Below are positions 1 to 8,943 of a DNA stretch of 64,000 nucleotides, one piece after another (positions within the stretch are counted from its first letter, which is position 1; every line of letters begins with the position of its first letter). The stretch is from Tannerellaceae bacterium. GTDB taxonomy: Bacteria; Bacteroidota; Bacteroidia; Bacteroidales; Tannerellaceae. The translations under genes were made by a program, and so were the position numbers. The notes under the pieces were generated by a model. It was given only the letters and a program-made list of their open reading frames with translations. It was not told the origin of the DNA and did no database searches. The DNA is taken from the NCBI GenBank assembly GCA_021201295.1, contig JAJQFE010000021.1:8208-72207 (forward strand). The letters are read 5' to 3'.

Positions 1-333
1 ACCGGCATCAAAAGGGGTGGCTTTGACATGGATCTCCATCATGGCTGCCATGATGTCCCGGGAAACTAAGGAATAATTCATCCCGTCATGACCCTGGGCT
101 TCTCCGTCACAAATATCAGTTACATAATAATTTGCAGCTTTTCCACCGCCATCACTCACTCCTTTGTCGGCCTCTTCTACCAATCGGTTCAGATGGGCAC
201 TTCCCGGATGGCTATGGCCATAACTACTTTCAACAATGATCTGAGGTTTTTCCAGATCTTCTATACTCCATCCGCTTCCTAACCGGAGAGCGTCCAATTC
301 AGGGGCGACTTTACGTAACTGCTGGCTTTTCAT
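1..333 (-). CDS. IlvD/Edd-family (dihydroxy-acid / sugar-acid) dehydratase, N-terminal 111 codons; gene runs off the window start
   Basis: Own minus-strand translation from ATG 333..331 (absent from the ORF track because there is no stop in the window): MKSQQLRKVAPELDALRLGSGWSIEDLEKPQIIVESSYGHSHPGSAHLNRLVEEADKGVSDGGGKAANYYVTDICDGEAQGHDGMNYSLVSRDIMAAMMEIHVKATPFDAG. It resembles IlvD/Edd N-termini by recollection. Confidence 0.6.
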   Translation of the reverse strand, partial: MKSQQLRKVAPELDALRLGSGWSIEDLEKPQIIVESSYGHSHPGSAHLNRLVEEADKGVSDGGGKAANYYVTDICDGEAQGHDGMNYSLVSRDIMAAMMEIHVKATPFDAG

Positions 334-430
334 ATATACTAATTAATCGTGAATAATAGAACATTCACAAGTTAGAGTATTTTTTTGGATTCACCAAACA
401 TACGCCTTCATTCCCTCGATCTGTTCTTCA

Positions 431-994
431 TTAACTAAGCAGTGTATGTTCCAGTAATATTTTACAACTGATGGCAATCAGGATAATACCTCCGATCAGA
501 TCCAGTCTCAGGTTGACTTTTCCGCCAACCCGGTTCCCAAAATAGACACCCAGACCGGATAATCCGAAGGTAATAATACCGATCGTAGTTGCCTGTAGGA
601 AAATAGAGGAATCCAGCAAGGCCAGGGAAACTCCTACGGCAAGTGCATCAATACTGGTGGCTACGGCCAGACCCACTAACACTTTGTTATGAAGAGGATC
701 AGCCTTACATGCTTCTTCTTCTTTGCAAAAGCTGTCATAGACCATTTTACCTCCTAAATAGAGTAACAGGAAAAAAGCGATCCAGTGGTCAAATGCTTCT
801 ATATAACTGGCAAACCCCATCCCCGCCAGGTAGCCCAGGAGCGTCATACCTCCCTGAAAGGCTCCCATGACAGCAGCTATCTTGAAAATATTCCCGGCTG
901 TACATTTGTTAATAACAGCTCCGCCGGTAACAGAAACAGCCATGCTATCCATGGATAAGCTGATGGCTAATAGTATGATCTCTATAAATGACAT
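431..994 (-). CDS. mntP: manganese efflux pump MntP (DUF204-repeat membrane protein)
   Basis: 187-aa ORF, multi-TM. N-terminus MSFIEIILLAISLSMDSMAVS and internal repeat LAVATSIDALAVGVS are typical of MntP. Confidence 0.85.
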   Translation of the reverse strand: MSFIEIILLAISLSMDSMAVSVTGGAVINKCTAGNIFKIAAVMGAFQGGMTLLGYLAGMGFASYIEAFDHWIAFFLLLYLGGKMVYDSFCKEEEACKADPLHNKVLVGLAVATSIDALAVGVSLALLDSSIFLQATTIGIITFGLSGLGVYFGNRVGGKVNLRLDLIGGIILIAISCKILLEHTLLS

Positions 995-996
995 AG

Positions 997-1521
997 TCAG
1001 AATGTTTCCTTCCAGATGGTTTCCGCTAAAGGCTTCCGTTTTTTAGGGGTTTTTGTAAACAGGTCGGGGGAAGTAGGATAGCCGATAGGAATAATGGCCA
1101 GCGGCTCTATCTGTTCCGGTAACCGGAAATAGTTCCGGAATAAAGGAACATCAAAATTACAGACAATACAAGTCCCTAATCCTTCTTCGGTGGCTGCCAG
1201 ACAAATATGTTCCGTGACAATCCCCGCATCTATATCCAGATGGTCTTTCCTGTCGGAAGCCCGTTTCCAGGATTGGTCATGGTCTCCACAGACCACTATG
1301 AAAAGCGGTGCGGTGCGGATCCATTCCCGGGGATAGCATTCCACTACTTTTTTCCGGTTTTCTTCCTCTTCGATCACTAAAAAATACCAGGGTTGATAAT
1401 TCACTGCCGAAGGGGCTAACCGGGCAGCCTCCAGGATATACTCCACCTTTTCCTTTTCAACCGGAGTGGGTGAGTATTGTCGGATGGAACAACGCTTTTG
1501 AATAATATCAAGCAGTTTCAT
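997..1521 (-). CDS. nitroreductase-family flavoprotein
   Basis: 174-aa ORF. RCSIRQY and LEAARLAPSAVNYQPW motifs of the nitroreductase fold. Confidence 0.8.
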   Translation of the reverse strand: MKLLDIIQKRCSIRQYSPTPVEKEKVEYILEAARLAPSAVNYQPWYFLVIEEEENRKKVVECYPREWIRTAPLFIVVCGDHDQSWKRASDRKDHLDIDAGIVTEHICLAATEEGLGTCIVCNFDVPLFRNYFRLPEQIEPLAIIPIGYPTSPDLFTKTPKKRKPLAETIWKETF

Positions 1522-1680
1522 TCGAGTAAAAAGTTAATAGTATACTACCTGCCTGTCAGCCTTTCCGGTCTTGCTTCCCGGTTGACCTGGCCTGTCTTAT
1601 ACGGAATAAAGTACTATTGGTTGATTATGAGTGTGTAAAACAGTGCTATTGGTTATCTGCTGAAACTGTCTTACCGGGTT

Positions 1681-2634
1681 TCATAATTCTGATTCTATTT
1701 TATATTTATTTCTTTTAGGAGTATTCCGGCAAATCAATTCACCGATAAATCCGGCCAGAAATAGCTGCGTCCCCATGATCATTCCAGTCAGGGCAATGTA
1801 AAAATAGGGCGAACTGGTGACTAAGGGCCGCAGGTCTCCTCCTGATATCATAGAGGCTAATTTAGCCGACAAAACCACAATCAAAGCAATGAATCCTATG
1901 AAAAACATTGCACTTCCCAACAGTCCGAAAAAGTGCATCGGCTTTTTGCCAAATTTGGATGTAAACCACAGGGTGATCAGATCCAGATATCCGTTCACAA
2001 ACCGGTCCAGTCCGAATTTGGTAGTCCCATATTTACGTGCCTGGTGTTGTACCACTTTTTCACCGATTTTATTGAATCCGGCAATTTTGGCTAAATAGGG
2101 AATATACCGGTGCATATCATTATACACCTCAATATTTTTGATAACGATGTTTTTATAGGCTTTTAATCCACAATTGAAATCATGCAGGTTCCGGATACCG
2201 GAAAACTTCCGTGCCGTAGCGTTAAACAGTTTGGTCGGAAGGGTTTTGGAAAGGGGATCGTACCTTTTTTTCTTCCATCCGGATACTAAATCATATCCCT
2301 CTTCCGTGATCATCCGGTATAATTCCGGTATCTCATCCGGGCTGTCCTGCAGATCCGCATCCATCGTGATCACGACGTCTCCTTCCGCCCGTTCAAAGCC
2401 ACAATGCAATCCCGGCGATTTGCCATAATTCCGGCGGAATTTAATTGCTTTTATGCAAGAAGACCGTTCCCGTAAGCCTTCAATAATCTTCCAGGAATCA
2501 TCCGTGCTACCATCATCTACAAAGATCACTTCATAGGTGAAGTGGTTTTCATTCATTACCCGCTCAATCCATTCATAAAGTTCCGGAAGAGACTCTGCTT
2601 CATTGTATAAGGGAATAACTACAGAAATATCCAT
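1681..2634 (-). CDS. family-2 glycosyltransferase, polyprenyl-phosphate sugar transferase type (GtrB/ArnC/DPM1-like)
   Basis: 317-aa ORF. ISVVIPLYNE, VIFVDDGSTD and ITMDADLQD (DxD) motifs plus two C-terminal TM helices. Confidence 0.85.
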   Translation of the reverse strand: MDISVVIPLYNEAESLPELYEWIERVMNENHFTYEVIFVDDGSTDDSWKIIEGLRERSSCIKAIKFRRNYGKSPGLHCGFERAEGDVVITMDADLQDSPDEIPELYRMITEEGYDLVSGWKKKRYDPLSKTLPTKLFNATARKFSGIRNLHDFNCGLKAYKNIVIKNIEVYNDMHRYIPYLAKIAGFNKIGEKVVQHQARKYGTTKFGLDRFVNGYLDLITLWFTSKFGKKPMHFFGLLGSAMFFIGFIALIVVLSAKLASMISGGDLRPLVTSSPYFYIALTGMIMGTQLFLAGFIGELICRNTPKRNKYKIESEL

Positions 2635-2640
2635 GGTTTG

Positions 2641-3189
2641 TTAATTTTCCAGATGGTTGTTTTCATTTATGTTACCGGTCGCATTGTTCCTGCAGAGCAA
2701 AGCTGCCACAGGTATAGAAAAAATGATTCCGTAAAAAGTATTATTCAATATCCCCATCATCGCCATGCTGATAGGGGTAGGAACATCCATCCGTTCAATG
2801 GTTTCCACCATTTTAGGCCCCAGGTCTGCCTGTTTGAGCATTTTGACCGTAGCCTGTAAAGAATTAGCGATAAAGTCCGGGGGAGCCAGAAACCGGTAAA
2901 AGACAAATTGCTCTAAGGAGACAATGATTCCGGCAAACAGATACAACAGAATGCCGAATTGCCAGGCATGGAAAAAGCTGATCTTCCCGCCTATATCCAT
3001 CCGGTACCGTCTGGTAAAGATGTAGGCCAGTATAAGGGTTACCGGAGCCAATGCCTGGTGGAAGAGAAGGAAGAACGAGGAAGAGGTATAACCCAGGATA
3101 AAGAAAACATATTTAAAGGCCCAGAAGAGCCCTAACAGGAGCCCGTAGGACATGGCACTTTTGATGACTGAATTTTTGTTTTCTTCCAT
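2641..3189 (-). CDS. DUF4199-like small integral membrane protein
   Basis: ORF track gives 2641..3234. I prefer the internal ATG at 3189 (MEENKNSVIKSAMSYGLLLG...) because the upstream extension runs through a terminator hairpin. Several TM helices. From memory, this family usually neighbours the GT2 gene in Bacteroidetes. Confidence 0.55.
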   Translation of the reverse strand: MEENKNSVIKSAMSYGLLLGLFWAFKYVFFILGYTSSSFFLLFHQALAPVTLILAYIFTRRYRMDIGGKISFFHAWQFGILLYLFAGIIVSLEQFVFYRFLAPPDFIANSLQATVKMLKQADLGPKMVETIERMDVPTPISMAMMGILNNTFYGIIFSIPVAALLCRNNATGNINENNHLEN

Positions 3190-3215
3190 ATAGCGTATCC
3201 GGATTATACAAAAAA

Positions 3216-3269
3216 GACAATTGACAACCGACAATCTTTAGAATAAATAATTGTCAATTGTCAATTGTC
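3216..3269 (-). terminator. long hairpin built from ATTGTCA-type heptamers, downstream of tRNA-Thr
   Basis: gacaattgacaaccgacaat (3216..3235) pairs with attgtcaattgtcaattgtc (3250..3269) at 18 of 20 positions, with a 14-nt loop. It lies directly after the tRNA on the minus strand. Confidence 0.5.
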
Positions 3270-3287
3270 CTGTATCCATTTATGTTA

Positions 3288-3361
3288 AGCCTCTTGTCGG
3301 ATTCGAACCAACGACCCCGAAATTACAAATCACGTGCTCTGGCTAACTGAGCTAAAGAGGC
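3288..3361 (-). tRNA. tRNA-Thr (anticodon UGU)
   Basis: 74-nt cloverleaf on the minus strand: acceptor GCCTCTT/AAGAGGC, D-arm GCTCAGTTAGCCAGAGC, anticodon loop TTTGTAA (TGT), T-arm GTTGGTTCGAATCCGAC. One T:T mismatch in the anticodon stem. Confidence 0.8.
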
Positions 3362-3462
3362 AGGTGGGTAAGCTGACTACATCGCGCCGCTACAACCAAG
3401 TACCCTTGCTGCGGTCAAGCCCTGGGGGAGTTCCGAGGGAGCATGCCGTATAGGACTTACCC
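3362..3462 (-). ncRNA. ffs: probable signal recognition particle RNA (4.5S/ffs-like), ending directly next to tRNA-Thr
   Basis: ~100-nt non-coding stretch on the minus strand closed by GGGTAAG ... CTTACCC. The 3' half contains GCAGCAAGG and GATGTAG, which match the E. coli 4.5S RNA 3' half from memory. A TAccTTTG promoter box lies just upstream. I could not fold the helix-8 apex convincingly by hand. Confidence 0.5.
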
Positions 3463-3467
3463 GGGTG

Positions 3468-3475
3468 CAAAGGTA
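3468..3475 (-). promoter_or_regulatory. Bacteroidetes -7 promoter box (TAccTTTG) for the SRP-like RNA / tRNA-Thr transcript
   Basis: Plus-strand caaaggta is TACCTTTG on the minus strand and matches the TAnnTTTG consensus. The identical octamer precedes rplY at 16571..16578. Confidence 0.6.
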
Positions 3476-3600
3476 GATATATTTTCCATATCTCCAAATG
3501 TTTTTTTCAAAAAAATGTCTGCTTTCCGCTAATTTACTGGCTTCCTTGCTGTTTTAACGGTAATTTTACTAATGGCAAACGGAGTGGCTGCTTTAGAAAG

Positions 3601-3666
3601 GGTGCACCGGTTTTAGCCAACGGGTGCACCGTTTTCATAAAAACGGTGCACCGGATTTGCTTAGGA
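3601..3666. promoter_or_regulatory. three 22-bp tandem units, each starting with the palindrome GGTGCACC (candidate operator array)
   Basis: GGTGCACC at 3601..3608, 3623..3630 and 3645..3652, an exact 22-bp phasing. It lies in the divergent intergenic region between the SRP-like RNA and the purF-like gene. Confidence 0.5.
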
Positions 3667-3752
3667 TCCGAAGGGAATTTATTGGGGAAATGACCTTTAA
3701 AAAAGTTGGAAAAGGAATCCGGTATATGCTCTTTGGAATGCAAATAATATTA

Positions 3753-3760
3753 TATCTTTG
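3753..3760 (+). promoter_or_regulatory. -7 promoter box TAtcTTTG upstream of the purF-like gene
   Basis: tatctttg lies 32 nt upstream of ATG 3792. Confidence 0.55.
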
Positions 3761-3791
3761 TACCTCATTAAAATCAAAATAGACATAAATA

Positions 3792-5195
3792 ATGGGCGGT
3801 TTTTTTGGAACTATTTCTCATTCGGCTTGTAAAACCGATTTATTCTACGGAACAGATTGCAACTCTCACTTAGGCACCCGGAGGGGTGGGATGGCAACCC
3901 TTCATAATGGTACATTTAAACGATCGATTCATAATCTTGAAAACTCTTATTTCCAGACTTGTTTTGAAAGTCAGTTGGATAAGTTTGAAGGAAACTCGGG
4001 GATTGGTGTGATCAGTGATACGGATCCCCAGCCGATCTTCCTCCATTCCCATTTAGGGAAACATGCGATTGTTACAGTGGCCCGGATCAATAATATTGAG
4101 GCGCTGGAAAGAGGTCTGATCGCAAAGGGTTGTCACTTTACCGAACTAAGTTCCGGCCAGATCAATCAGACGGAATTAATCGCCCTGCTGATCTCGCAGG
4201 GAAAGAACTTTGTGGAAGGGATCGAAAATGTATACAACCAGATAGAAGGTTCCTGCTCCATGCTTATTCTTACTGAGCAGGGAATTATTGCTGCCAGAGA
4301 TAAGTACGGACGCACACCGATCCTGATCGGCCGGAAAGAGGATGCGTTTGCCGCCTCCAGTGAACCCTGTAGCTTTCCTAATCTGGGCTATGAACCTTAT
4401 TACGATGTAGGACCCGGAGAGATCGTAATGCTGACTGCGGATAAGATGACCCAGTTGAGGAAACCCAATGAAAAGATGAAGGTGTGTTCTTTCTTATGGG
4501 TATATTACGGGTATCCGGTTTCCGAATACGAAGGAGTCAATGTGGATGCCGTACGCCGGGAAAGTGGGGTCCGGATGGCACAGAAGGACCAGGTGGATGC
4601 TGATTTTGTTTTCGGTATACCGGATTCCGGTATTGGAATGGCGTTAGGGTATGCGGAAGGAAAACAGATCCCTTATCGCCGGGCTATTGTTAAATATACG
4701 CCTACCTGGCCCCGTAGTTTTACACCATCCAATTAGGATATCCGGGATCTGGTGGCTAAAATGAAACTGATCCCTAACCGTCATCTGCTGAAAGGGAAAC
4801 GGGTGGTTTTCTGTGATGACTCTATTGTCAGGGGTACCCAGTTAAGAGATAATGTAAATATTTTATATCGATATGATGCGAAAGAGGTGCATATGCGTAT
4901 TGCCTGTCCTCCGATTATGCACTCCTGTCCTTATTTGGGATTTTCAGCCTCTAAATCATCCCTGGAGCTGATTACCAGACGGATTATTAAAGAACTGGAA
5001 GGAAATGATTCGGTGGCGCTGGATAAATATGCTATGACAGATTCGGAGCAGTATACTAAAATGGTGGATTGTATTCGCCGTAAACTTAATATCACTACTT
5101 TGCGTTTTAATACCGTAGAGGATCTGGTGGCTTCCATCGGTCTGCCGAAAGCATGTGTATGTACGCATTGTTACGACGGAACGGGAAACGATTGA
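3792..5195 (+). pseudogene. amidophosphoribosyltransferase (PurF) paralogue lacking the N-terminal Cys nucleophile, interrupted by an in-frame TAG
   Basis: ORFs 3792..4736 and 4752..5195 are in the same frame, separated only by TAG 4734..4736. The context RSFTPSN*DIRDLVAKMKLIPN...GKRVVFCDDSIVRGTQ aligns with PurF RTFIxPxQxxR...DDSIVRGTT, so the stop replaces the conserved Gln. The N-terminus is MGGFFG rather than MCG. Confidence 0.75.
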
Positions 5196-5258
5196 TTAGA
5201 GGCTAAACCGGTCTTTCTTTGACAGTTGAATGTCGATAGTTCGTTTAAATGAGATAGT

Positions 5259-6485
5259 ATGAGATTAACAGAACGATTTCTGAAATATGTGACTTTTGAT
5301 ACGGAGTCTGATGAGGCATCCGGAGCAGCTCCCAGTACACCGGGACAACGGGTTTTTGCGGAGGAGTTAGTGAAAGAATTGCAGGAGTTGGGACTGGAAG
5401 ATATCACACTGGATGATAAGTGTTACCTGATGACTACTTTACCGGCTAATACGGATAAAAAGGTTCCGGTGATCGGCTTTATTGCGCATCTGGATACCAG
5501 TCCGGATCTGTGTGGTAAAGATGTCAAGCCCCGCAGGATTTCTTATGCGGGTGGTGATATTCTGTTATCGGATAAAGAACAGATTGTTTTGTCTCCGAAA
5601 ATGTTTCCGGAACTGAATGATTATATTGGCCAGGAGTTAATCGTAACGGATGGCACAACACTGTTGGGTGCGGATGATAAAGGCGGGATTGCGGCGATAA
5701 TTTCAGCTATGGAATATCTGAAAGAACATCCGGAGATCCCTCATGGAAAGATACGGATTGCTTTTACTCCGGATGAGGAGATCGGACAGGGTGCTGATTT
5801 CTTTGATGTAGAGAAATTCGGTGCTGAGTGGGGCTATACTATCGACGGTGGCCAGATCGGCGAGCTGGAGTATGAAAACTTTAATGCTGCAGCTGCCAAA
5901 GTACTTTTTAAGGGATTGAATGTTCATCCGGGAACTGCGAAGAATAAGATGGTCAATGCCTCTTTACTGGCTACTCAGTTTGCTGCCTGGTTACCTGCCA
6001 GTCAACGTCCAGAACACACTGCCGGGTATGAGGGCTTTTTCCATCTGATCGCTATGTCCGGTTCTGTGGAAGAGGCTTCCTTATCTTATATCATCCGGGA
6101 CCATGACCGGGCATTGTTTGAACAGAAAAAACAGTTGTTGGCTACCCTGGTGGCTACCATGAATGAGCTTTATCCCAATAGCACCCGTCTGGAAATCAGG
6201 GACCAGTATTATAATATGCGTGAGATTGTGGAACCCAAGAAGTTTATTATTGACCTGGCATTTGAGGCCATGACTGCCGTAGGCGTGACTCCTATCGTCA
6301 AGCCGATTCGTGGTGGTACGGATGGGGCACGTCTCTCTTTTATGGGATTACCTTGTCCCAATATTTTTGCCGGAGGCCATAATTTCCATGGACGGTATGA
6401 ATTCCTGCCGGTTGAATCCCTCCGGAAAAGTATGGAGACTATCGTAAAGATCTCAGAATTGTTGATGGATATGTGGAATCAGTAG
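5259..6485 (+). CDS. pepT: peptidase T (tripeptide aminopeptidase, M20B)
   Basis: 408-aa ORF. N-terminus [19 protein letters not shown], plus IAHLDTSPD and [11 protein letters not shown] motifs. Confidence 0.85.
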   Translation: MRLTERFLKYVTFDTESDEASGAAPSTPGQRVFAEELVKELQELGLEDITLDDKCYLMTTLPANTDKKVPVIGFIAHLDTSPDLCGKDVKPRRISYAGGDILLSDKEQIVLSPKMFPELNDYIGQELIVTDGTTLLGADDKGGIAAIISAMEYLKEHPEIPHGKIRIAFTPDEEIGQGADFFDVEKFGAEWGYTIDGGQIGELEYENFNAAAAKVLFKGLNVHPGTAKNKMVNASLLATQFAAWLPASQRPEHTAGYEGFFHLIAMSGSVEEASLSYIIRDHDRALFEQKKQLLATLVATMNELYPNSTRLEIRDQYYNMREIVEPKKFIIDLAFEAMTAVGVTPIVKPIRGGTDGARLSFMGLPCPNIFAGGHNFHGRYEFLPVESLRKSMETIVKISELLMDMWNQ

Positions 6486-6567
6486 TTAGAGGAGTTACAG
6501 GAGTTAAGGAGTCAGGTAGAAAGAAAAAATATTTAGCTACTTAACTCCTTTGATTCCTTTGACTACT
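6481..6567. repeat. intergenic low-complexity hairpin repeat (AGTAGTTA / AAGGAGT word family), copy A
   Basis: Left arm agtagttagaggagttacaggagttaaggagtcaggtag, right arm ctacttaactcctttgattcctttgactact. It shares the exact 15-mer AGGAGTTAAGGAGTC with copy F (62392..62406). It begins at the pepT stop codon. Confidence 0.7.
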
Positions 6568-6579
6568 AAAAAATATAAC

Positions 6580-7665
6580 ATGAAAACAACCCCTTTTACT
6601 GATGTGCATATTGCTTTAGGTGCTAAGATGCATGAGTTTGCAGGCTATAATATGCCGATAGAATATTCCGGAATCATAGATGAGCACAATACAGTCTGTC
6701 ATGGTGTAGGTGTATTTGATGTATCCCATATGGGAGAATTCTGGGTGAAGGGCCCAAATGCGCTGCCTTTTCTCCAGAGCATTACTTCTAATGATGTCTC
6801 GGCACTGACAGTCGGTAAGGCACAATATACCTGTTTCCCTAATGAGGAAGGAGGAATAGTAGACGACTTATTGGTCTATTACTATGAAGCTGAAAAATAT
6901 TTACTGGTAGTCAATGCCAGCAATATAGAGAAAGACTGGAACTGGTGTGTAAGTCATAATACAGTCGGTGCTGAACTGGAAAATTCCTCTGATCGTACAG
7001 GGCAGTTAGCTGTGCAGGGTCCTAAGGCAACAGCCGTTTTACAGCGGTTAACTCCGGTAGATCTTTCAGCGATTCCCTATTATTCGTTTGTTACCGGTGA
7101 GTTTGCCGGTTGTAAGCATGTCATTATTTCCAATACCGGATATACAGGGGCAGGTGGGTTCGAACTTTATTTCTATCCGGAAGATGGCATGACGATCTGG
7201 AATGCTATTTTTGAAGCAGGTAAACCGGAAGGAATTAAACCGATCGGTCTGGGGGCACGTGATACGTTACGTCTGGAAATGGGATTCTGCCTCTATGGCA
7301 ATGATCTGGATGATACCACTTCTCCGATTGAAGCTGGTTTAGGATGGATCACTAAGTTTACGGATGGAAAAAACTTTACTAACCGTGTAGAACTGGAACG
7401 TCAGAAAAAGGAGGGAGTAACCCGTAAATTATGTGCGTTTGAGTTACAGGACAGAGGGATTCCCCGGCATGGTTATGAGATTGTGGATACAGAAGGAAAT
7501 GTCATAGGAGAAGTTACCTCCGGAACGATGTCTCCCACTACCAAAAAAGGAATTGGGATGGGATATGTAAAACCAGCGTATGCCAAAGTGGGTACGGAGA
7601 TCTTTATCCGGATCCGTAATAAGGATCTGAAAGCGCAGGTAGCCAAACCTCCTTTCCGTAAATAA
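6580..7665 (+). CDS. gcvT: glycine cleavage system aminomethyltransferase GcvT
   Basis: ORF track 6550..7665 (TTG start). I prefer ATG 6580 ([29 protein letters not shown]...). Full-length GcvT-like, 361 aa. Confidence 0.85.
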   Translation: MKTTPFTDVHIALGAKMHEFAGYNMPIEYSGIIDEHNTVCHGVGVFDVSHMGEFWVKGPNALPFLQSITSNDVSALTVGKAQYTCFPNEEGGIVDDLLVYYYEAEKYLLVVNASNIEKDWNWCVSHNTVGAELENSSDRTGQLAVQGPKATAVLQRLTPVDLSAIPYYSFVTGEFAGCKHVIISNTGYTGAGGFELYFYPEDGMTIWNAIFEAGKPEGIKPIGLGARDTLRLEMGFCLYGNDLDDTTSPIEAGLGWITKFTDGKNFTNRVELERQKKEGVTRKLCAFELQDRGIPRHGYEIVDTEGNVIGEVTSGTMSPTTKKGIGMGYVKPAYAKVGTEIFIRIRNKDLKAQVAKPPFRK

Positions 7666-7672
7666 GATAGCG

Positions 7673-7694
7673 AGAGTGTCTTTTGGGACACTCT
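7673..7694 (+). terminator. short hairpin after gcvT
   Basis: agagtgtc tttt gg gacactct, an 8-bp stem. The U-tract is weak. Confidence 0.4.
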
Positions 7695-7696
7695 TT

Positions 7697-7823
7697 AGTA
7701 GTCAAAGGAGTTATCAGAAACTCCGTTTCTTAGTAGCAAGTAGTGAATAAATGGATTTATATATTTTACTCTTCTTTATTTACTCCTTTAACTACCAGCG
7801 AAGCGATAACTCCTTTGACTACT
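7697..7823. repeat. hairpin-repeat family copy B: perfect 19-bp inverted repeat with an 89-nt spacer
   Basis: agtagtcaaaggagttatc (7697..7715) is the exact reverse complement of gataactcctttgactact (7805..7823). The spacer holds further family words (tagtagcaagtagtg, tactcctttaactacc). Confidence 0.7.
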
Positions 7824-7917
7824 TTTATATCCAATCTGCCCGGATCCGGAAAGTAGCGTGATTCCTGAACTTAGGCTCAGAGAAAATAATTTAATAGTGC
7901 AATAAATAACGTTCAAT

Positions 7918-8943
7918 ATGAATACAGGAAAAGTACGTTTTGGGGTAGTCGGTACGAATTTTATTACGGATTGGGTCATAGCAGGAGCCAGACAGGATCC
8001 CCGGTTTGAACTGGTAGCGGTGTATTCACGTACACAGGAAACGGCTGATGCGTTTGCTGCAAAACATCAGATTCCCTATGCCTTTACTTCTCTGGAAGCA
8101 ATGGCTGCCAGTCCTTTGATTGATGCCGTATACATAGCGTCTCCTAATTTCCTGCATGCTTCCCAGAGTATACTTTGTATGCAATACGGGAAACATGTCC
8201 TGTGTGAAAAACCTTTTGCTTCCAATGCCCGTGAGGTACAGGAAATAATTGAGGCGGCTAAAAAATACCAGGTAACGCTGATGGAGGCGATGAAGCCTAC
8301 TTTGACACCGAATTTTTTAGCCGTAAAAAATAATCTGGCAAGGGTAGGGGTTGTCCGTCGGTACTTTGCCTGTTATTGCCAGTATTCTTCCCGGTATGAC
8401 AAATTTAAGGAAGGGATCGTCCTGAATGCTTTTAAGCCGGAGTTGTCTAATGGGGCCATGATGGATATCGGTATTTATACGGTATATCCTATGGTAGTTC
8501 TGTTTGGGAGACCTGCGAAGATAAATGCTTCAGGAGTGGTTTTATCATCAGGAGCAGATGGCCAGGGAGCTGTTAATCTGGAATATGACGGACTGAATGC
8601 CACCGTGCTTTATTCTAAAATAGCCAATTCTTCGTTACCCACTGAGATTCAGGGAGAAGATGGAAATATAACTCTGGATAAGATCAATGTTATTCGCACT
8701 GTTTCTTATATTCCCCGTTTACAGGCAGCATCCGGTAAAGGTCCGGAACCACTACCGGAAGATATAAGTGCAGTAACAGATAAAGATGAATACTTCTATG
8801 AAGTAGCGGAATTTATCAATCTGGTCCAGTCCGGTAAAAAACAGTCTGATATTAATAGCTGGGAAAATTCCCTGATCACCTTGGAGATCATAGATGAAGT
8901 ACGCCGCCAGTTAGGCATTGTATATTCGGCAGATAAAAAATAA
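7918..8943 (+). CDS. Gfo/Idh/MocA-family NAD(P)-dependent oxidoreductase
   Basis: 341-aa ORF. N-terminal Rossmann motif VRFGVVGTNFIT, plus the EKP motif (CEKPFA). Confidence 0.8.
   Translation: MNTGKVRFGVVGTNFITDWVIAGARQDPRFELVAVYSRTQETADAFAAKHQIPYAFTSLEAMAASPLIDAVYIASPNFLHASQSILCMQYGKHVLCEKPFASNAREVQEIIEAAKKYQVTLMEAMKPTLTPNFLAVKNNLARVGVVRRYFACYCQYSSRYDKFKEGIVLNAFKPELSNGAMMDIGIYTVYPMVVLFGRPAKINASGVVLSSGADGQGAVNLEYDGLNATVLYSKIANSSLPTEIQGEDGNITLDKINVIRTVSYIPRLQAASGKGPEPLPEDISAVTDKDEYFYEVAEFINLVQSGKKQSDINSWENSLITLEIIDEVRRQLGIVYSADKK

Noticed and set aside
3534-3743. 69-aa minus-strand ORF covering the GGTGCACC array
   Set aside because: It has no recognisable protein features and its sequence is dictated by the tandem palindromes. 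It lies in a divergent promoter region. I treat it as non-coding.
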